From Candidatus Latescibacterota bacterium (GTDB taxonomy: Bacteria > Latescibacterota > UBA2968 > UBA8231), in assembly GCA_965215195.1 (NCBI GenBank), contig CBDCDC010000002.1:1376001-1440000 (forward strand): a stretch of 64,000 nucleotides of DNA. Reading direction: 5' to 3'. Made by a program: the position numbers and the translations under genes. Positions 27,020 through 37,074 of this stretch are shown piece after piece; positions within the stretch are counted from its first letter, which is position 1; every line of letters begins with the position of its first letter. Under the pieces are notes generated by a model that saw only the letters and a program-made list of their open reading frames with translations, made no database searches and was not told the origin of the DNA.

Positions 27020-27523
27020 TCACGGAGCACGAATCAGGGCTTTTACCAGCCGCGGCACCACGAAGTAGAGCAAGCGCCCGCGGCCGATTTCTTCCCAAGA
27101 ATGGAGGCCCAATTCGACCGCGGCTAGGCCCGCAGTCGGCAGGTGAAGATGTGCGCCCGTTAGCTGGCGAATCCACGCTTCCAGCCCTGGGTTATGGGCA
27201 ATGACGAGGCCAGTCTGGGCGCTGTCTGGCAAGCCGGCCGCCGCTTGGGCCAAGATGGGGGGAGATGCGTGGTAGAGCGCGTCGTCCAAGTGCAAGACGC
27301 TCGCCGGCAGGCCGAGGGATGCGGCTAGGCCGGTGGCTGTCTGGTGCGCTCGGCGCGCGGCCGAGGCCAGCACGACTTCGGGGCGCGGGCCATGCGCGGC
27401 AAGCAGGCGGGCGATGCGCGGCAAATCCGCGCGGCCGCGCTTGTTGAGCGGACGGTCGAAATCGTCGCTTATCCCGGGGGGATAAGCCGACTTGGCGTGG
27501 CGCATGATTAGCAAGGTTTTCAT
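27020..27523 (-). CDS. sixA: SixA-type phosphohistidine phosphatase
   Basis: MRHAKS, DRPLNKRG, SAARRAHQT, AHNPGL. Confidence 0.85.
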   Translation of the reverse strand: MKTLLIMRHAKSAYPPGISDDFDRPLNKRGRADLPRIARLLAAHGPRPEVVLASAARRAHQTATGLAASLGLPASVLHLDDALYHASPPILAQAAAGLPDSAQTGLVIAHNPGLEAWIRQLTGAHLHLPTAGLAAVELGLHSWEEIGRGRLLYFVVPRLVKALIRAP

Positions 27524-27640
27524 GGGAATTGCGAATTGAGAACCTCTTGGTTGCGTGGGCATTTACTAGAGGGTATTTTTGTTAGCGGCAAGATAGCGCG
27601 CGTCGGCGCTCGATACAACCGCGACTCGGGATTTATACCT

Positions 27641-28711
27641 ATGGCTCCGCAACCCGTAGAGCTCAATCTGACCATTCGCCCCCAGCGGCGCTTTGCAATC
27701 ATCGACATTGCCGAGCTGATCCGCAAACAAGTCGGCGACGAGCTGCGCCCCTTTCGCAAAGCCGCGTACTGTTCGTTTCACACTACGGCCGGCTATATAG
27801 AGCAGGGCATGTGTAGGCGTTTGGGGCACAGCCGCAAGCAGATCGACCCATTCATCCGCGCCATCAAAAAGATCTTTCCCCACAACGCCGGCTATTTCCA
27901 CGACCGCATGCAGCTGCGCGACGAACTGAGCGAGGGCGAAAAGGAAAAGGAGCCGGTCAACGCCGACTCGCACCTGACCTTTATCGCCGCGGGCCTCAAA
28001 AACTGCGTGACCTATATCCACCGCCCCGAGGAGCCAGTGTACTTCATCGAGCTAGACGGCATGTACAAGCACTACGTGCGCAGCCGGCGCACCGCAGTCA
28101 TGGCCTACAACCGCGCCGAAATCGTGCATCGCGGTCGGGTGGAGATTCCAGTGGCCGGCAGCCATGCGATCGACTCCTTCAACCTCAAGGATCCGCGCTA
28201 CGGCCTCTTTGAAACGCTCGCCGATCGGCTGCGGCAATGCGGCATAGACAAAGGCTGCATTGACATCCGCCTCGCCCCGGAGGAAAAGCACGTCGGCATG
28301 ACCGTCAACGAGTACGAGACCCTGTTGATGCGCAATGACTTGCCCCAGGCCCTCAGCGATCCACTGCGCTACGTGTTCCAGCACGGCAAGCGGCTCCTGC
28401 GGCACCCGGCCTCCATCCCCGGCAAGATGCACGCCTACGCGGCCTACGATTCCCTCCGCTTCTACAACGAATTGCTCGACCAAGTTCCGGTGGGGCGGTC
28501 GGTCATCGACCGCATCTTTTCGGTGCTGTCAACGCCGGCCCAGCGCATTTTGCGCCTGAAGCGCCACATCCGGCTGCTGGTCTCAGACCGCGCGGGCGCC
28601 GGGGCGGATCGCATCCTGCAGGGCACGTACCAAAGCCCGATTCTGGTGCAGCACCAACCGGCTGCGGGCGAGGTGCGCACGCTCGACGTCACCCTGCGCC
28701 GCTTCGTCTGA
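27641..28711 (+). CDS. Protein with two tandem YjbQ/UPF0047-like domains
   Basis: HTTAG, YFHD, NADSHL and ELDG in the N-half; MTVNE, GTYQ and R.LDV in the C-half. Confidence 0.6.
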   Translation: MAPQPVELNLTIRPQRRFAIIDIAELIRKQVGDELRPFRKAAYCSFHTTAGYIEQGMCRRLGHSRKQIDPFIRAIKKIFPHNAGYFHDRMQLRDELSEGEKEKEPVNADSHLTFIAAGLKNCVTYIHRPEEPVYFIELDGMYKHYVRSRRTAVMAYNRAEIVHRGRVEIPVAGSHAIDSFNLKDPRYGLFETLADRLRQCGIDKGCIDIRLAPEEKHVGMTVNEYETLLMRNDLPQALSDPLRYVFQHGKRLLRHPASIPGKMHAYAAYDSLRFYNELLDQVPVGRSVIDRIFSVLSTPAQRILRLKRHIRLLVSDRAGAGADRILQGTYQSPILVQHQPAAGEVRTLDVTLRRFV

Positions 28712-28713
28712 GT

Positions 28714-30054
28714 ATGCAGGTCGATCCTTCCATCTTCAAAGCCTACGACATCCGCGGCATCTATCCCGATCCCTTGAGCGAAGAAGTGGCCTACGCCATT
28801 GGCCGCGCCTTGGTGGCGCTGCTCAAGTGCGAGGAGGTCGTCGTGGGGCGCGACATGCGCCTTTCGAGTCCGGCCGTAAAAGAGCACCTCGTGCGCGGCC
28901 TCGTCGCGCAAGGCGCGGACGTCATCGACATCGGCATGGTCAGCACCGACCAGTACTACTATGCCTGCGCCACCTTGGACCGCCCGGGCGCCATGGTGAC
29001 GGCTTCGCACAACCCGCCCGAATACTGCGGCTTCAAGATGGTGCGCCAAATGCCCTATCTGCTCAGCGGCGAATCCGGGATCCAAGACCTGCGCCGCCTC
29101 GTGGCAGAAGAAAGCTGGGGCGCGGGCCGCAGGCCGGGCGCGGTTCGGGCCGAGGACGTGACGCAGGGGTTTATCGACAAAGTGTTAAGCCTCGTGGATC
29201 CGGCCCGCATTGAGCCGCTCAAGGTGGTGGCCGACACGGGCAACGGCATGGTCGGGCCGATCCTGCAAGCCGTGTACGGGCGCTTGCCCATTGAGTTTAT
29301 CGGCATGTATCTAGAGCCGGATGGCCGCTTGCCCAACCACGGTCTCGACCCCATGCAGCCGGAAAACCGCGCCGACTTAGCGCGCCGCGTCCTAGCCGAA
29401 GGCGCGGACGTTGGCTTTGCCTTTGACGGCGACGGCGACCGCTTCTTCATCATTGACGACCGAGGCCGCTTCGTGCCCGGCGACTTTGCGACCGCACTGA
29501 TGGCCTGCTACATGCTAGAGCGCCATCCCGGCGCCAAGATCGTGTACGACGTGCGCTGCTCGTGGGCCGTGCCCGACCTCGTAAAAGCGGCCGGCGGCAC
29601 TCCCCTGATCGAGCGCGTGGGGCATTCGTTCCTCAAGCCGAGGATGTTTGAGGAAGGAGCCGTTTTCGCCGGCGAGCTGAGCGGTCATTACTACTTCCGC
29701 GACTTCTTTGGCGCGGATTCCGGCATCGCCCCGTCGCTGGTGATGCTGGAGCTGCTGTCGCAGCGCGGGGTCGCACTCTCCGAGCTGCTCACCCCGCTGG
29801 AGCGCCAGTACTTCCCATCCTCTGAGATCAATTCCGAGGTCGCGGATCCCGCCGCCAAAATCGCGGCCCTAGCCGACCGCTACCAAGACGGCCGCATCCT
29901 GCGCCTCGACGGGATTTCGGTAAGCTACGACGACTGGCACTTCAACGTGCGGCCCTCCAATACCGAGCCCCTGTTGCGACTCAACCTAGAGGCCCTCTCG
30001 GCCGAGCGCATGGCCGAGAAGCGGGACGAGGTGCTGGCTTTTATTCGCTCGTGA
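28714..30054 (+). CDS. Phosphomannomutase/phosphoglucomutase
   Basis: FKAYDIRG, TASHNP, DGDGDR, GELSGH, RPSNTEP. Confidence 0.95.
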   Translation: MQVDPSIFKAYDIRGIYPDPLSEEVAYAIGRALVALLKCEEVVVGRDMRLSSPAVKEHLVRGLVAQGADVIDIGMVSTDQYYYACATLDRPGAMVTASHNPPEYCGFKMVRQMPYLLSGESGIQDLRRLVAEESWGAGRRPGAVRAEDVTQGFIDKVLSLVDPARIEPLKVVADTGNGMVGPILQAVYGRLPIEFIGMYLEPDGRLPNHGLDPMQPENRADLARRVLAEGADVGFAFDGDGDRFFIIDDRGRFVPGDFATALMACYMLERHPGAKIVYDVRCSWAVPDLVKAAGGTPLIERVGHSFLKPRMFEEGAVFAGELSGHYYFRDFFGADSGIAPSLVMLELLSQRGVALSELLTPLERQYFPSSEINSEVADPAAKIAALADRYQDGRILRLDGISVSYDDWHFNVRPSNTEPLLRLNLEALSAERMAEKRDEVLAFIRS

Positions 30055-30060
30055 TGTGAC

Positions 30061-31500
30061 ATGACGCAATTGGTCCAACGGCATGCGCATTTGACCCAAA
30101 TAGGGTCCAAGGGATTTGCTGTTTTCCTGCTGGTCCAAGTAGCGATTTTGGTTTGTGTTCTCTTTTTGCCACCCGAACAGGTATTGTGGGGCTTGGGGGG
30201 AGTGGCGCTTGTCGTCGCGTTATTCTTCCTGACCCTATATCCTTGGCTCGCGATCCCGGCAATCATTGCCACCACGGCCTTGGATTCGGCCGGGCGCGTC
30301 ATCCAAACAACCGCCCTCGGGGAGCCGGTCACCGGCTTTCACCTGTCGTTTGCCCTGCTCTGCGTGGGGTTAGCCAGTCACATTTTCCTGCAAAAGCGCC
30401 GTACTTTCCCACCGCTCGAAATCCAAGCACCCCTAGTGCTGTTTTTAGGCTGTATGGCGGTCTCCCTCACCTATTCGCCCAACCAACCAGAAGCCACGAT
30501 CAGTTTCTTCCGCATCGTCTTTCTATCCTTGTTTCTCTACCTGACCCAAGTTCTCATCGACTCGCGCCGCGTGCTCAACCTGACAATCGCGTCGCTGGGA
30601 ATAGTCTTGGCGGGCGCGTCCATTCTGGCCGTGTTCCAGATCATCTCGGAACAATTCTACCTGCCGGCGAGCGTGGTTTCGAGTGTGGGCGCCAATATGC
30701 CGCGCGCTTCTGGGACCTATCACAACCCCAACATCTTCGGCACCTTCTTAGCCGTGAGTATCCTCTTCATGGCCGGGATTTTCCTCGTGCCCAAGCTGCG
30801 CTGGTGGAAGCGGCTCCTGTTGCTGGTGGCTATTGGGCTGGGGACCGCGGCATTGGTCATCACCTTCAGCCGCGGCAATTGGGTCGCGCTGTTCGTGGGC
30901 GTGGTCGTGCTGCTGTTTTTGGCAGGTAAACTGCGCTACCTCTTTTACGTCACAGTAGGGTTTTGCCTCGCCATTTTGCTAGTGAAAAACTACGTCCCTT
31001 TTGCCGCGTACATTTTCGAGCGGTTCTACTCTATCTTCTCGCTATTTGTGGAGTTTGGGGCCGACAGCCGGGCTTCGAGTACCGCACGGGTTTACTTCGC
31101 CATCGCCGGATTCAAAATGTTCTTGGAGCATCCTTTGCTCGGGGTCGGATGGCGTGCTTTTCCGGTCGTCTTTCAAGACTACCAGCCAGAAGGCTTTCCC
31201 CACTGGCTGCCGACGCGCGAGTCGCATACCCTGTTTGCAACCATTCTCGCGGAACTCGGGCTCGTGGGGCTGCTAGCCTCCATCTGGATCGTCTGGCGCG
31301 TCTTGGCCTTTTCCCTCCACCATATAAAGCGCATGCAGGACGAGTACTTGCGCAGTGTGATGATCGCGCTCGTCGCGATTTTCGTCACCTTCCAAGTCAG
31401 CCTCACCTTCACTGGCGAGTTTGCCAACAATTTCTTGTGGATGTTCACGGGAATCATGTTTGCCGTGCCGGCGCTGGAAGAGCGCGAGGATCCATCGTGA
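30061..31500 (+). CDS. O-antigen ligase/polymerase family membrane protein
   Basis: Multiple TM helices; RASGTYHNPN, TFSRG, PLLGVG, H..FATILAELG. Confidence 0.88.
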   Translation: MTQLVQRHAHLTQIGSKGFAVFLLVQVAILVCVLFLPPEQVLWGLGGVALVVALFFLTLYPWLAIPAIIATTALDSAGRVIQTTALGEPVTGFHLSFALLCVGLASHIFLQKRRTFPPLEIQAPLVLFLGCMAVSLTYSPNQPEATISFFRIVFLSLFLYLTQVLIDSRRVLNLTIASLGIVLAGASILAVFQIISEQFYLPASVVSSVGANMPRASGTYHNPNIFGTFLAVSILFMAGIFLVPKLRWWKRLLLLVAIGLGTAALVITFSRGNWVALFVGVVVLLFLAGKLRYLFYVTVGFCLAILLVKNYVPFAAYIFERFYSIFSLFVEFGADSRASSTARVYFAIAGFKMFLEHPLLGVGWRAFPVVFQDYQPEGFPHWLPTRESHTLFATILAELGLVGLLASIWIVWRVLAFSLHHIKRMQDEYLRSVMIALVAIFVTFQVSLTFTGEFANNFLWMFTGIMFAVPALEEREDPS

Positions 31501-32656
31501 AAGTTTTGCTGCTATCGCACCTCTACCCAACTTCATATCTACAATTCAGGGCCGCTTCGTCCACAACCAAGCGCGCTTCCTCAAAGAGCATTGTCAAGTA
31601 GAGGTAGTGGCACCCGTGCCTTGGTTTCCCCTGCCCGGGTTTGGGTTGTGGAGTGCCTACCGCCATGTCCCACGCCGCAAAGTAGTGGATGGAATCGAGG
31701 TGCGGCATCCCCGCCGCTTCGCCGTACCGCGGCGGATGTTCTTTGCCCGGCTATGGCGTTTTCACCTCAAGGCTTTGCTCAACGCTGTTGCGGGTACGCC
31801 GGACCTCATACACGCGCACTGCGCCTATCCCGACGGCCGGGCCGCTATTGAGTACGGCTCGCAAACCGGTCGGGCCGTAGTCATCACGGTCCACGGTTCC
31901 GACATCAAGATCCTGCCCAAGCTCAAGTCCCAATGGCGTCAACTGATCGTTGAGTCCCTAACGCGGGCCGCGGCCATCATCGCCGTCAGCCAAGAGTTGC
32001 GCCGCGAGGTTATTCAATTGGGCGTCCCGCCCGACAAGGTGTGCTGCATTCCCAACGGCGTTGACTGCCGGCTCTTTTCCGTGCGTGGGTCGCGCCAGCC
32101 CGGTAAAGATGGGTGGCACCTGCTTTATATGGGCCGATTTGTCGAGGCAAAGGGATTGCGCGTCTTGCTGGCGGCACTGGCTAAAGTGCGCCGCGAGGGC
32201 CGCGCGGTCTCGCTGACCTTGATCGGCGGCCACCCGGCGACCGGAACGGCCGCGCCATTTTTGCCGCAAGTCAACGCCCTCGGGCTGTCCGATTGCGTTG
32301 CGTTCAAGGACGCGGTGCCTTGGGAGGATCTGCCGCAGTACATGGCTGCCGCCGATTTGTTCGTCTTGCCGAGCTTCAGCGAGGGCCTGACCACTTCGCT
32401 CGTCGAGGCTATGGCCTGTGGCCTGCCGGTAGTAGCCACGCGCTGCGGTGGGCCGGAGGAAGTCGTCAATGAGGAGGTTGGACGGCTAGTGGCGGTCGGC
32501 GACGCCGAGGATTTGGCGGCGGGCATCCTCGCGGTCTTGGACGAATACGACTGCTACGACCGCGAGGCGATCCGCCGGCAGGCCGAGGCGCGCTACGACT
32601 ATCGCCGGGTGGCGGCGCGCATTCACGCGCTGTACGAGGAGGTACTAGCGCGATAA
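31497..32656 (+). CDS. GT4 glycosyltransferase; apparent 1-nt frameshift at ~31526-31528
   Basis: MKVLLLSHLYP is in a different frame from the body (HAHCAYPDG, HGSD, PNGVD, EGL...VEAMACG). Confidence 0.85.
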
Positions 32657-33372
32657 TGTCCGCAGATTCCCAACGCTGGCACAAGGCTCAAGCCTACGAA
32701 CGCGACTGGTGGCAGTCTCGCGCCTTGGCCGTGGACTTGAATTTCTACGCCTACTTCGCCCAAGCTCTGCGCCGAGAAATTGACAGCCTCCTCACCTTGG
32801 GGCCACAGACGCGCATTCTAGAAATCGGCAGCGGCGCCGCTGGCATCCTCACTCATCTCGGGGAAAGCGACCATCGCCACGCGGTCGATCCGCTGGAGGA
32901 CTTCTACGCCTCGGTGGAGCACTTTAGTGCCTTGCGCGACCCGGCCGTGCAGTACTACACCGGCACGGGCGAAAAACTCGACTTTGCCGATTCCTACTTC
33001 GACTTGGTCATCGTCGATAACGTCCTCGACCACTGCGCCGCCCCGGATCAGGTCCTAACCGAAATGCACCGCGTACTCAAGCGAGGGGGCGTGGCCTATT
33101 TCCGCCAGAATACGTACCACCTGTGGGGTCGGCTGGTGCGCGGCCTCATGGAGTGGTTCCAAATTGACCGGGGACATCCCCATACCTTTTCCAAGGGCTA
33201 CTTACAGCACCACTTCAACCGCTTGGGGCTAGCCGTCCAGCGCTTTGAGCGGAGCGGTTATTGGGCCACTTGGAGCAAAGAAATCCGCTCTCCCCGCCCT
33301 TTGGACCGGATCAAAGCCCTGCTCGGCGCGACCCGGGATCGCACCTTGTACATCCTGCAAAAACCCGCCTGA
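32656..33372 (+). CDS. Class I SAM-dependent methyltransferase
   Basis: LEIGSG, GEKLDF.D..FD, NVLDH. Confidence 0.85.
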   Translation: MSADSQRWHKAQAYERDWWQSRALAVDLNFYAYFAQALRREIDSLLTLGPQTRILEIGSGAAGILTHLGESDHRHAVDPLEDFYASVEHFSALRDPAVQYYTGTGEKLDFADSYFDLVIVDNVLDHCAAPDQVLTEMHRVLKRGGVAYFRQNTYHLWGRLVRGLMEWFQIDRGHPHTFSKGYLQHHFNRLGLAVQRFERSGYWATWSKEIRSPRPLDRIKALLGATRDRTLYILQKPA

Positions 33373-33465
33373 CGCTAGACGATGCACGGTTGCATAGATG
33401 CCTACAAATGACGAAAATATAATGAGATAAGACATGCCAACACTGTTTTCTACCGCTGGATTCCC

Positions 33466-34605
33466 ATGCTCATCGCCGTTTTTTGGGCCGCTTTATTCCT
33501 CGTCGTCTATACCTACTTAATCTACCCAGTTTTGCTCTGGCTCTTGGCGGCCGGCCGCAAGATGCCCGAGTATGCGCCGCTCGGCGAATGGCCGGTCGCG
33601 TCCCTGATCATTGCCGCGCACAATGAAGAAGCCACCTTGCGCACCAAGCTAGAAAACGCGCTGGCCATGGATTATCCGGCCGAGCGGCTCGACATCATCG
33701 TCGTCTCAGACGCCTCAACCGATGGCACCGACCGCATTGCCGCCGAATTCGCCGAGCGCGGGGTGCGCCTGCACCGGCAGGCGGTGCGCGGCGGCAAGAC
33801 CGAGGCGCAAAACGCGGGGGTGCGCTTGGCGCGGGGGCAGTTCCTCGCGTTCTCAGACGCCAACAGCATGTACGCGCCCAGCGCGCTCAAGCGGCTGTTG
33901 GCCCCCTTTGCCGACGAGCGGATCGGCTGCGTCTGCGGCGAGCTGCAGTACGCCAACCCGGACGACCAAGGCGCTGGCAAGGGCGAAGGCCTGTACTGGC
34001 GCTACGAGCAGTTTCTCAAGCGTCGGGAGAGCCTGCTCAGTTCCGCGCTGGGTGCCAATGGGGCCATCTACGCGCTCCGGCGCGAGCTATTCGCCGAGCT
34101 AGGCGGCGACATTATCAGCGACTTTGTCGCGCCTCTATGCACATGGCGGCGCGGCTTTCGCATCGCGTACGAACCAACGGCCGTTGCCACCGAATACAGC
34201 AGCGTCCGCTTTGGCGACGAGTTTCGCCGCCGCCGCCGCATTGTCTCGCGCTCGCTCTACGGGCTGTGGACCGAGGCCGGTGTGCTCAACCCGTTTGCAC
34301 ACTTTTTTTTTGCGTTTCAAATGTTTTCCCACAAGCTGCTCCGCTGGCTCGTGCCGGTGTGGCTGTTGGTGCTGCTCGCAGTCAATGTCCTGTTGGCCGC
34401 GAGCGAGAACTACGGCCTCTTGCTCGCCCTGCAAGTGGCTTTCTACGGCTTGGCCGCCTTGGGCCTGATGCTGCCGGAGCGGCTCGGGCGGTATTGGCTC
34501 TTTTACGTGCCGGCCTATTTCACCGCCACCAATTTGGGCACCTTGCTGGGGTTGCTGAGCTTCCTAACGGGTCGCCGCCACCGCGTCTGGCAGCCGGCGA
34601 GGTAG
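33466..34605 (+). CDS. GT2 glycosyltransferase
   Basis: IAAHNEE, SDASTD, FSDAN, GANGAIYALR, SHKLLRW. Confidence 0.9.
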   Translation: MLIAVFWAALFLVVYTYLIYPVLLWLLAAGRKMPEYAPLGEWPVASLIIAAHNEEATLRTKLENALAMDYPAERLDIIVVSDASTDGTDRIAAEFAERGVRLHRQAVRGGKTEAQNAGVRLARGQFLAFSDANSMYAPSALKRLLAPFADERIGCVCGELQYANPDDQGAGKGEGLYWRYEQFLKRRESLLSSALGANGAIYALRRELFAELGGDIISDFVAPLCTWRRGFRIAYEPTAVATEYSSVRFGDEFRRRRRIVSRSLYGLWTEAGVLNPFAHFFFAFQMFSHKLLRWLVPVWLLVLLAVNVLLAASENYGLLLALQVAFYGLAALGLMLPERLGRYWLFYVPAYFTATNLGTLLGLLSFLTGRRHRVWQPAR

Positions 34606-34612
34606 ATCGTTT

Positions 34613-36067
34613 ATGTCGCGCCTAAAACGCATTGTCCTGCTGCTGTTGAGCGACACGGCCGCCGTCAGTTTGGCGTCGGTGTTCTTTTTGTGGATGAAGT
34701 TGGCCGGCGGCGGGCTGGAGATCGTCCGCCACAACTACGCGCGGCTCTATCCAGACGCAGTGGACGGGCCGACCTTCTGGTATGCGCTGAGCTATTACTC
34801 GGACGTGTTGCCCCTGATAAGCGGCTGCTGGCTGCTGCTGTTCCTGTTCTTTGGCTTCTACCAATCCTCGCCCTCTAGCTCGCGCTTCGACGAAATTTTC
34901 GAGGTCGTCAAGGTAGTAACCTTGGGCATCTTGCTGGCCATGGTCGCCACCTTTGACCGCGACATCCGCCTCACGCGGCTGCTGGTCTTGTTCTACTGGC
35001 TGGGCATGGTCGCGCTGGTGGCGGGGGGGCGGGTGCTGGTGCGCAGCTTTGAGCGGCAGCTCTTGCTGCGCGGCATTGGCCTCCGGCGCACGGCCATCGT
35101 GGGCGTGGATGCGCGCGGCACGCGGCTGTTGCGCACGTTGCGCACGGCACCGGCGCAAGGGTATGAAGTCGTGGGCTTTGTGCGGGCACGCGGCGAGCAA
35201 GATCGCGGGGCCATTGACGGCCTGCCCATACTCGGCGAGATAGGTGATCTGCGAACCATTCTCGCAGCCGAGGGCATTGAGGCCGTGCTCATCGCCCTGC
35301 AATCCAATTCGCACGAAGAGATCATGCAGATCGTGGAGGAGGCCGAGGGGCTGCCGGTCTCCTTTGGCATCACGCCCGACCTGTACGACATTGTGACCGG
35401 CCACGTGCGCACGACGCAGATTTACGGCGTGCCCCTGATGGAGCTCAAGCCCGAGCTGATGCCGGCTTGGCAGCGGACGGTCAAGCGGCTCATCGACGTG
35501 GTGGTGGCCATCGCCGTGCTGGCGGGATTGGCCCCGTTGTGGCTGTTGGTGGCCGCGGCGATTAAGCTGACCTCCAGCGGGCCGGTTTTCTTTCGCCAAG
35601 AGCGCGTCGGCGAGGGGGGCAAGCCCTTTGCGATGCTCAAATTTCGCTCGATGTACGCAGATGCCGAGGACAAGACCGGCCCGGTGTGGGCCAAGGGGGC
35701 AGACCCGCGCGTTACCCCGCTTGGCCGGGTGCTGCGCACCCTGCACTTAGACGAAATTCCCCAGTGCATCAACTTCCTGCGCGGCGACATGAGCTTGGTC
35801 GGCCCGCGGCCCGAACGCCCGTTTTTCGTCGAGCAGTTCAAAAAGCAGATTCCCCTGTACATGCGGCGTTTTAACGTCAAGCCCGGCCTGTTGGGCTGGG
35901 CCCAGTCCAAGCACGAGTTCGACCTCGATTCCAAAGACGTGGTGGGCATTGCCCGCGAGCGGCTGGAGTACGATTTCTACTACATCGAGAACATGTCGCT
36001 CAAGCTGGACTTCAAGATCATGCTGCAAACGGTGTGGTTCGTGCTGACGGGCAAGAGCACGCGCTGA
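34613..36067 (+). CDS. Undecaprenyl-phosphate sugar phosphotransferase (WcaJ/WbaP-like)
   Basis: KRLID, KFRSM, DPRVT, LDEIPQ, GDMSLVGPRPERP, KPGL.GWAQ. Confidence 0.93.
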   Translation: MSRLKRIVLLLLSDTAAVSLASVFFLWMKLAGGGLEIVRHNYARLYPDAVDGPTFWYALSYYSDVLPLISGCWLLLFLFFGFYQSSPSSSRFDEIFEVVKVVTLGILLAMVATFDRDIRLTRLLVLFYWLGMVALVAGGRVLVRSFERQLLLRGIGLRRTAIVGVDARGTRLLRTLRTAPAQGYEVVGFVRARGEQDRGAIDGLPILGEIGDLRTILAAEGIEAVLIALQSNSHEEIMQIVEEAEGLPVSFGITPDLYDIVTGHVRTTQIYGVPLMELKPELMPAWQRTVKRLIDVVVAIAVLAGLAPLWLLVAAAIKLTSSGPVFFRQERVGEGGKPFAMLKFRSMYADAEDKTGPVWAKGADPRVTPLGRVLRTLHLDEIPQCINFLRGDMSLVGPRPERPFFVEQFKKQIPLYMRRFNVKPGLLGWAQSKHEFDLDSKDVVGIARERLEYDFYYIENMSLKLDFKIMLQTVWFVLTGKSTR

Positions 36068-36269
36068 CGTTCCCAGCCGGCTCCCTCCAACGGCGCCAGA
36101 TAAGTTCTCGAATCTTCTTACTTGAATTACGCTGCCCTAGGGCGCCGGGGCGATACCCGTGGATACCGCTTCCAAGTCCAACAGCGAGATAGCGTCGTCC
36201 GCAGATTGGAGTCGTGGAGGCGGAAATGCGAGACAAGATGGCGCATGGTGCGTATCTCCTGCCGGATGT

Positions 36270-36620
36270 TTAAGCTCGCGCCAGATCGCCGACCAGCGCG
36301 ATCCCTTCGCGCAATGCCTGTCGCACAAAGGCATTGTCCGCCTCCAGCAGCACAGCCAGTTCCTCTCGCGTGTACGCGACCACATCAACGCCCACACCCA
36401 CACCCGCTGGTCGGTAGCGCATCGCCCGTTGCAAAAACGGCTCGGTGCTATGGCTGACGATGATCAGCAGATCCGCATCGCTGCCCGGCACCGCATCCCC
36501 TCGCGCCAGCGAACCGAACAGCACGATCAATTCGATTTCAGGGAGGCGTTCACTCAGTGCTTGGGCGGCACTCTTGAGACGCTTTATGAGGTGCGGGCGG
36601 TCCAGCCAGAACACCTTCAC
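36270..36620 (-). CDS. Minimal nucleotidyltransferase (MNT) antitoxin; start uncertain
   Basis: LFGSLARGD...SDADLLII. Confidence 0.85.
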   Translation of the reverse strand: MKVFWLDRPHLIKRLKSAAQALSERLPEIELIVLFGSLARGDAVPGSDADLLIIVSHSTEPFLQRAMRYRPAGVGVGVDVVAYTREELAVLLEADNAFVRQALREGIALVGDLARA

Positions 36621-36990
36621 AGAAGCCGATGACTTGGCCGGCGTGGACCAGCGCACGCTCCGCCTCAGTACGGGTGTAGTATTCATAGGGTGCTCCTTGT
36701 GGATGCGAATTGGGGTAGCGAGCGGGAATATAGTGTTTGTCCAGCGCTTTGGCCGCGTCCAGTAGCTGCTGCTCGGGCCGTAGCGACTCGGGCAAGGATT
36801 CTAGCAGGGCCGTAACCGAATGCCCCCAAGCCGCGCCGCCCGCCTTTGCAATAACCGCCTTGACGGCTTTTTGCGCGCCTTGTTGGGCGGCAAAGCAGGC
36901 CCACTCATAGTCGCCCGCGTCGAGCGAGCGGCGTCCGTGGCCCAAATCTCGCTGGCCCTGTTTTAGCCAATCGGCATGTCGACTCGCCAT
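36550..36990 (-). CDS. HEPN domain protein (HEPN-MNT pair)
   Basis: YEWACFAAQQ..KAVKA, GHSV..L, LDKHYIPARYP. Confidence 0.88.
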   Translation of the reverse strand: MASRHADWLKQGQRDLGHGRRSLDAGDYEWACFAAQQGAQKAVKAVIAKAGGAAWGHSVTALLESLPESLRPEQQLLDAAKALDKHYIPARYPNSHPQGAPYEYYTRTEAERALVHAGQVIGFCEGVLAGPPAPHKASQECRPSTE

Positions 36991-37074
36991 CGCTAGCCTT
37001 TCCTGCACACAATTTGGTCCATTCAAATTTTTACCTCCACGGCGGCGACCGTTGCCAGCAGCCGCAATCCGCCC

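Noticed and set aside
34622-35746. Long antisense ORFs (also 44827-46074, 7346-8284, 39397-40335)
   Set aside because: Typical high-GC antisense shadows of well-supported genes.
36068-36269. Possible gene remnant or ncRNA downstream of MNT
   Set aside because: No recognisable motif or convincing structure.
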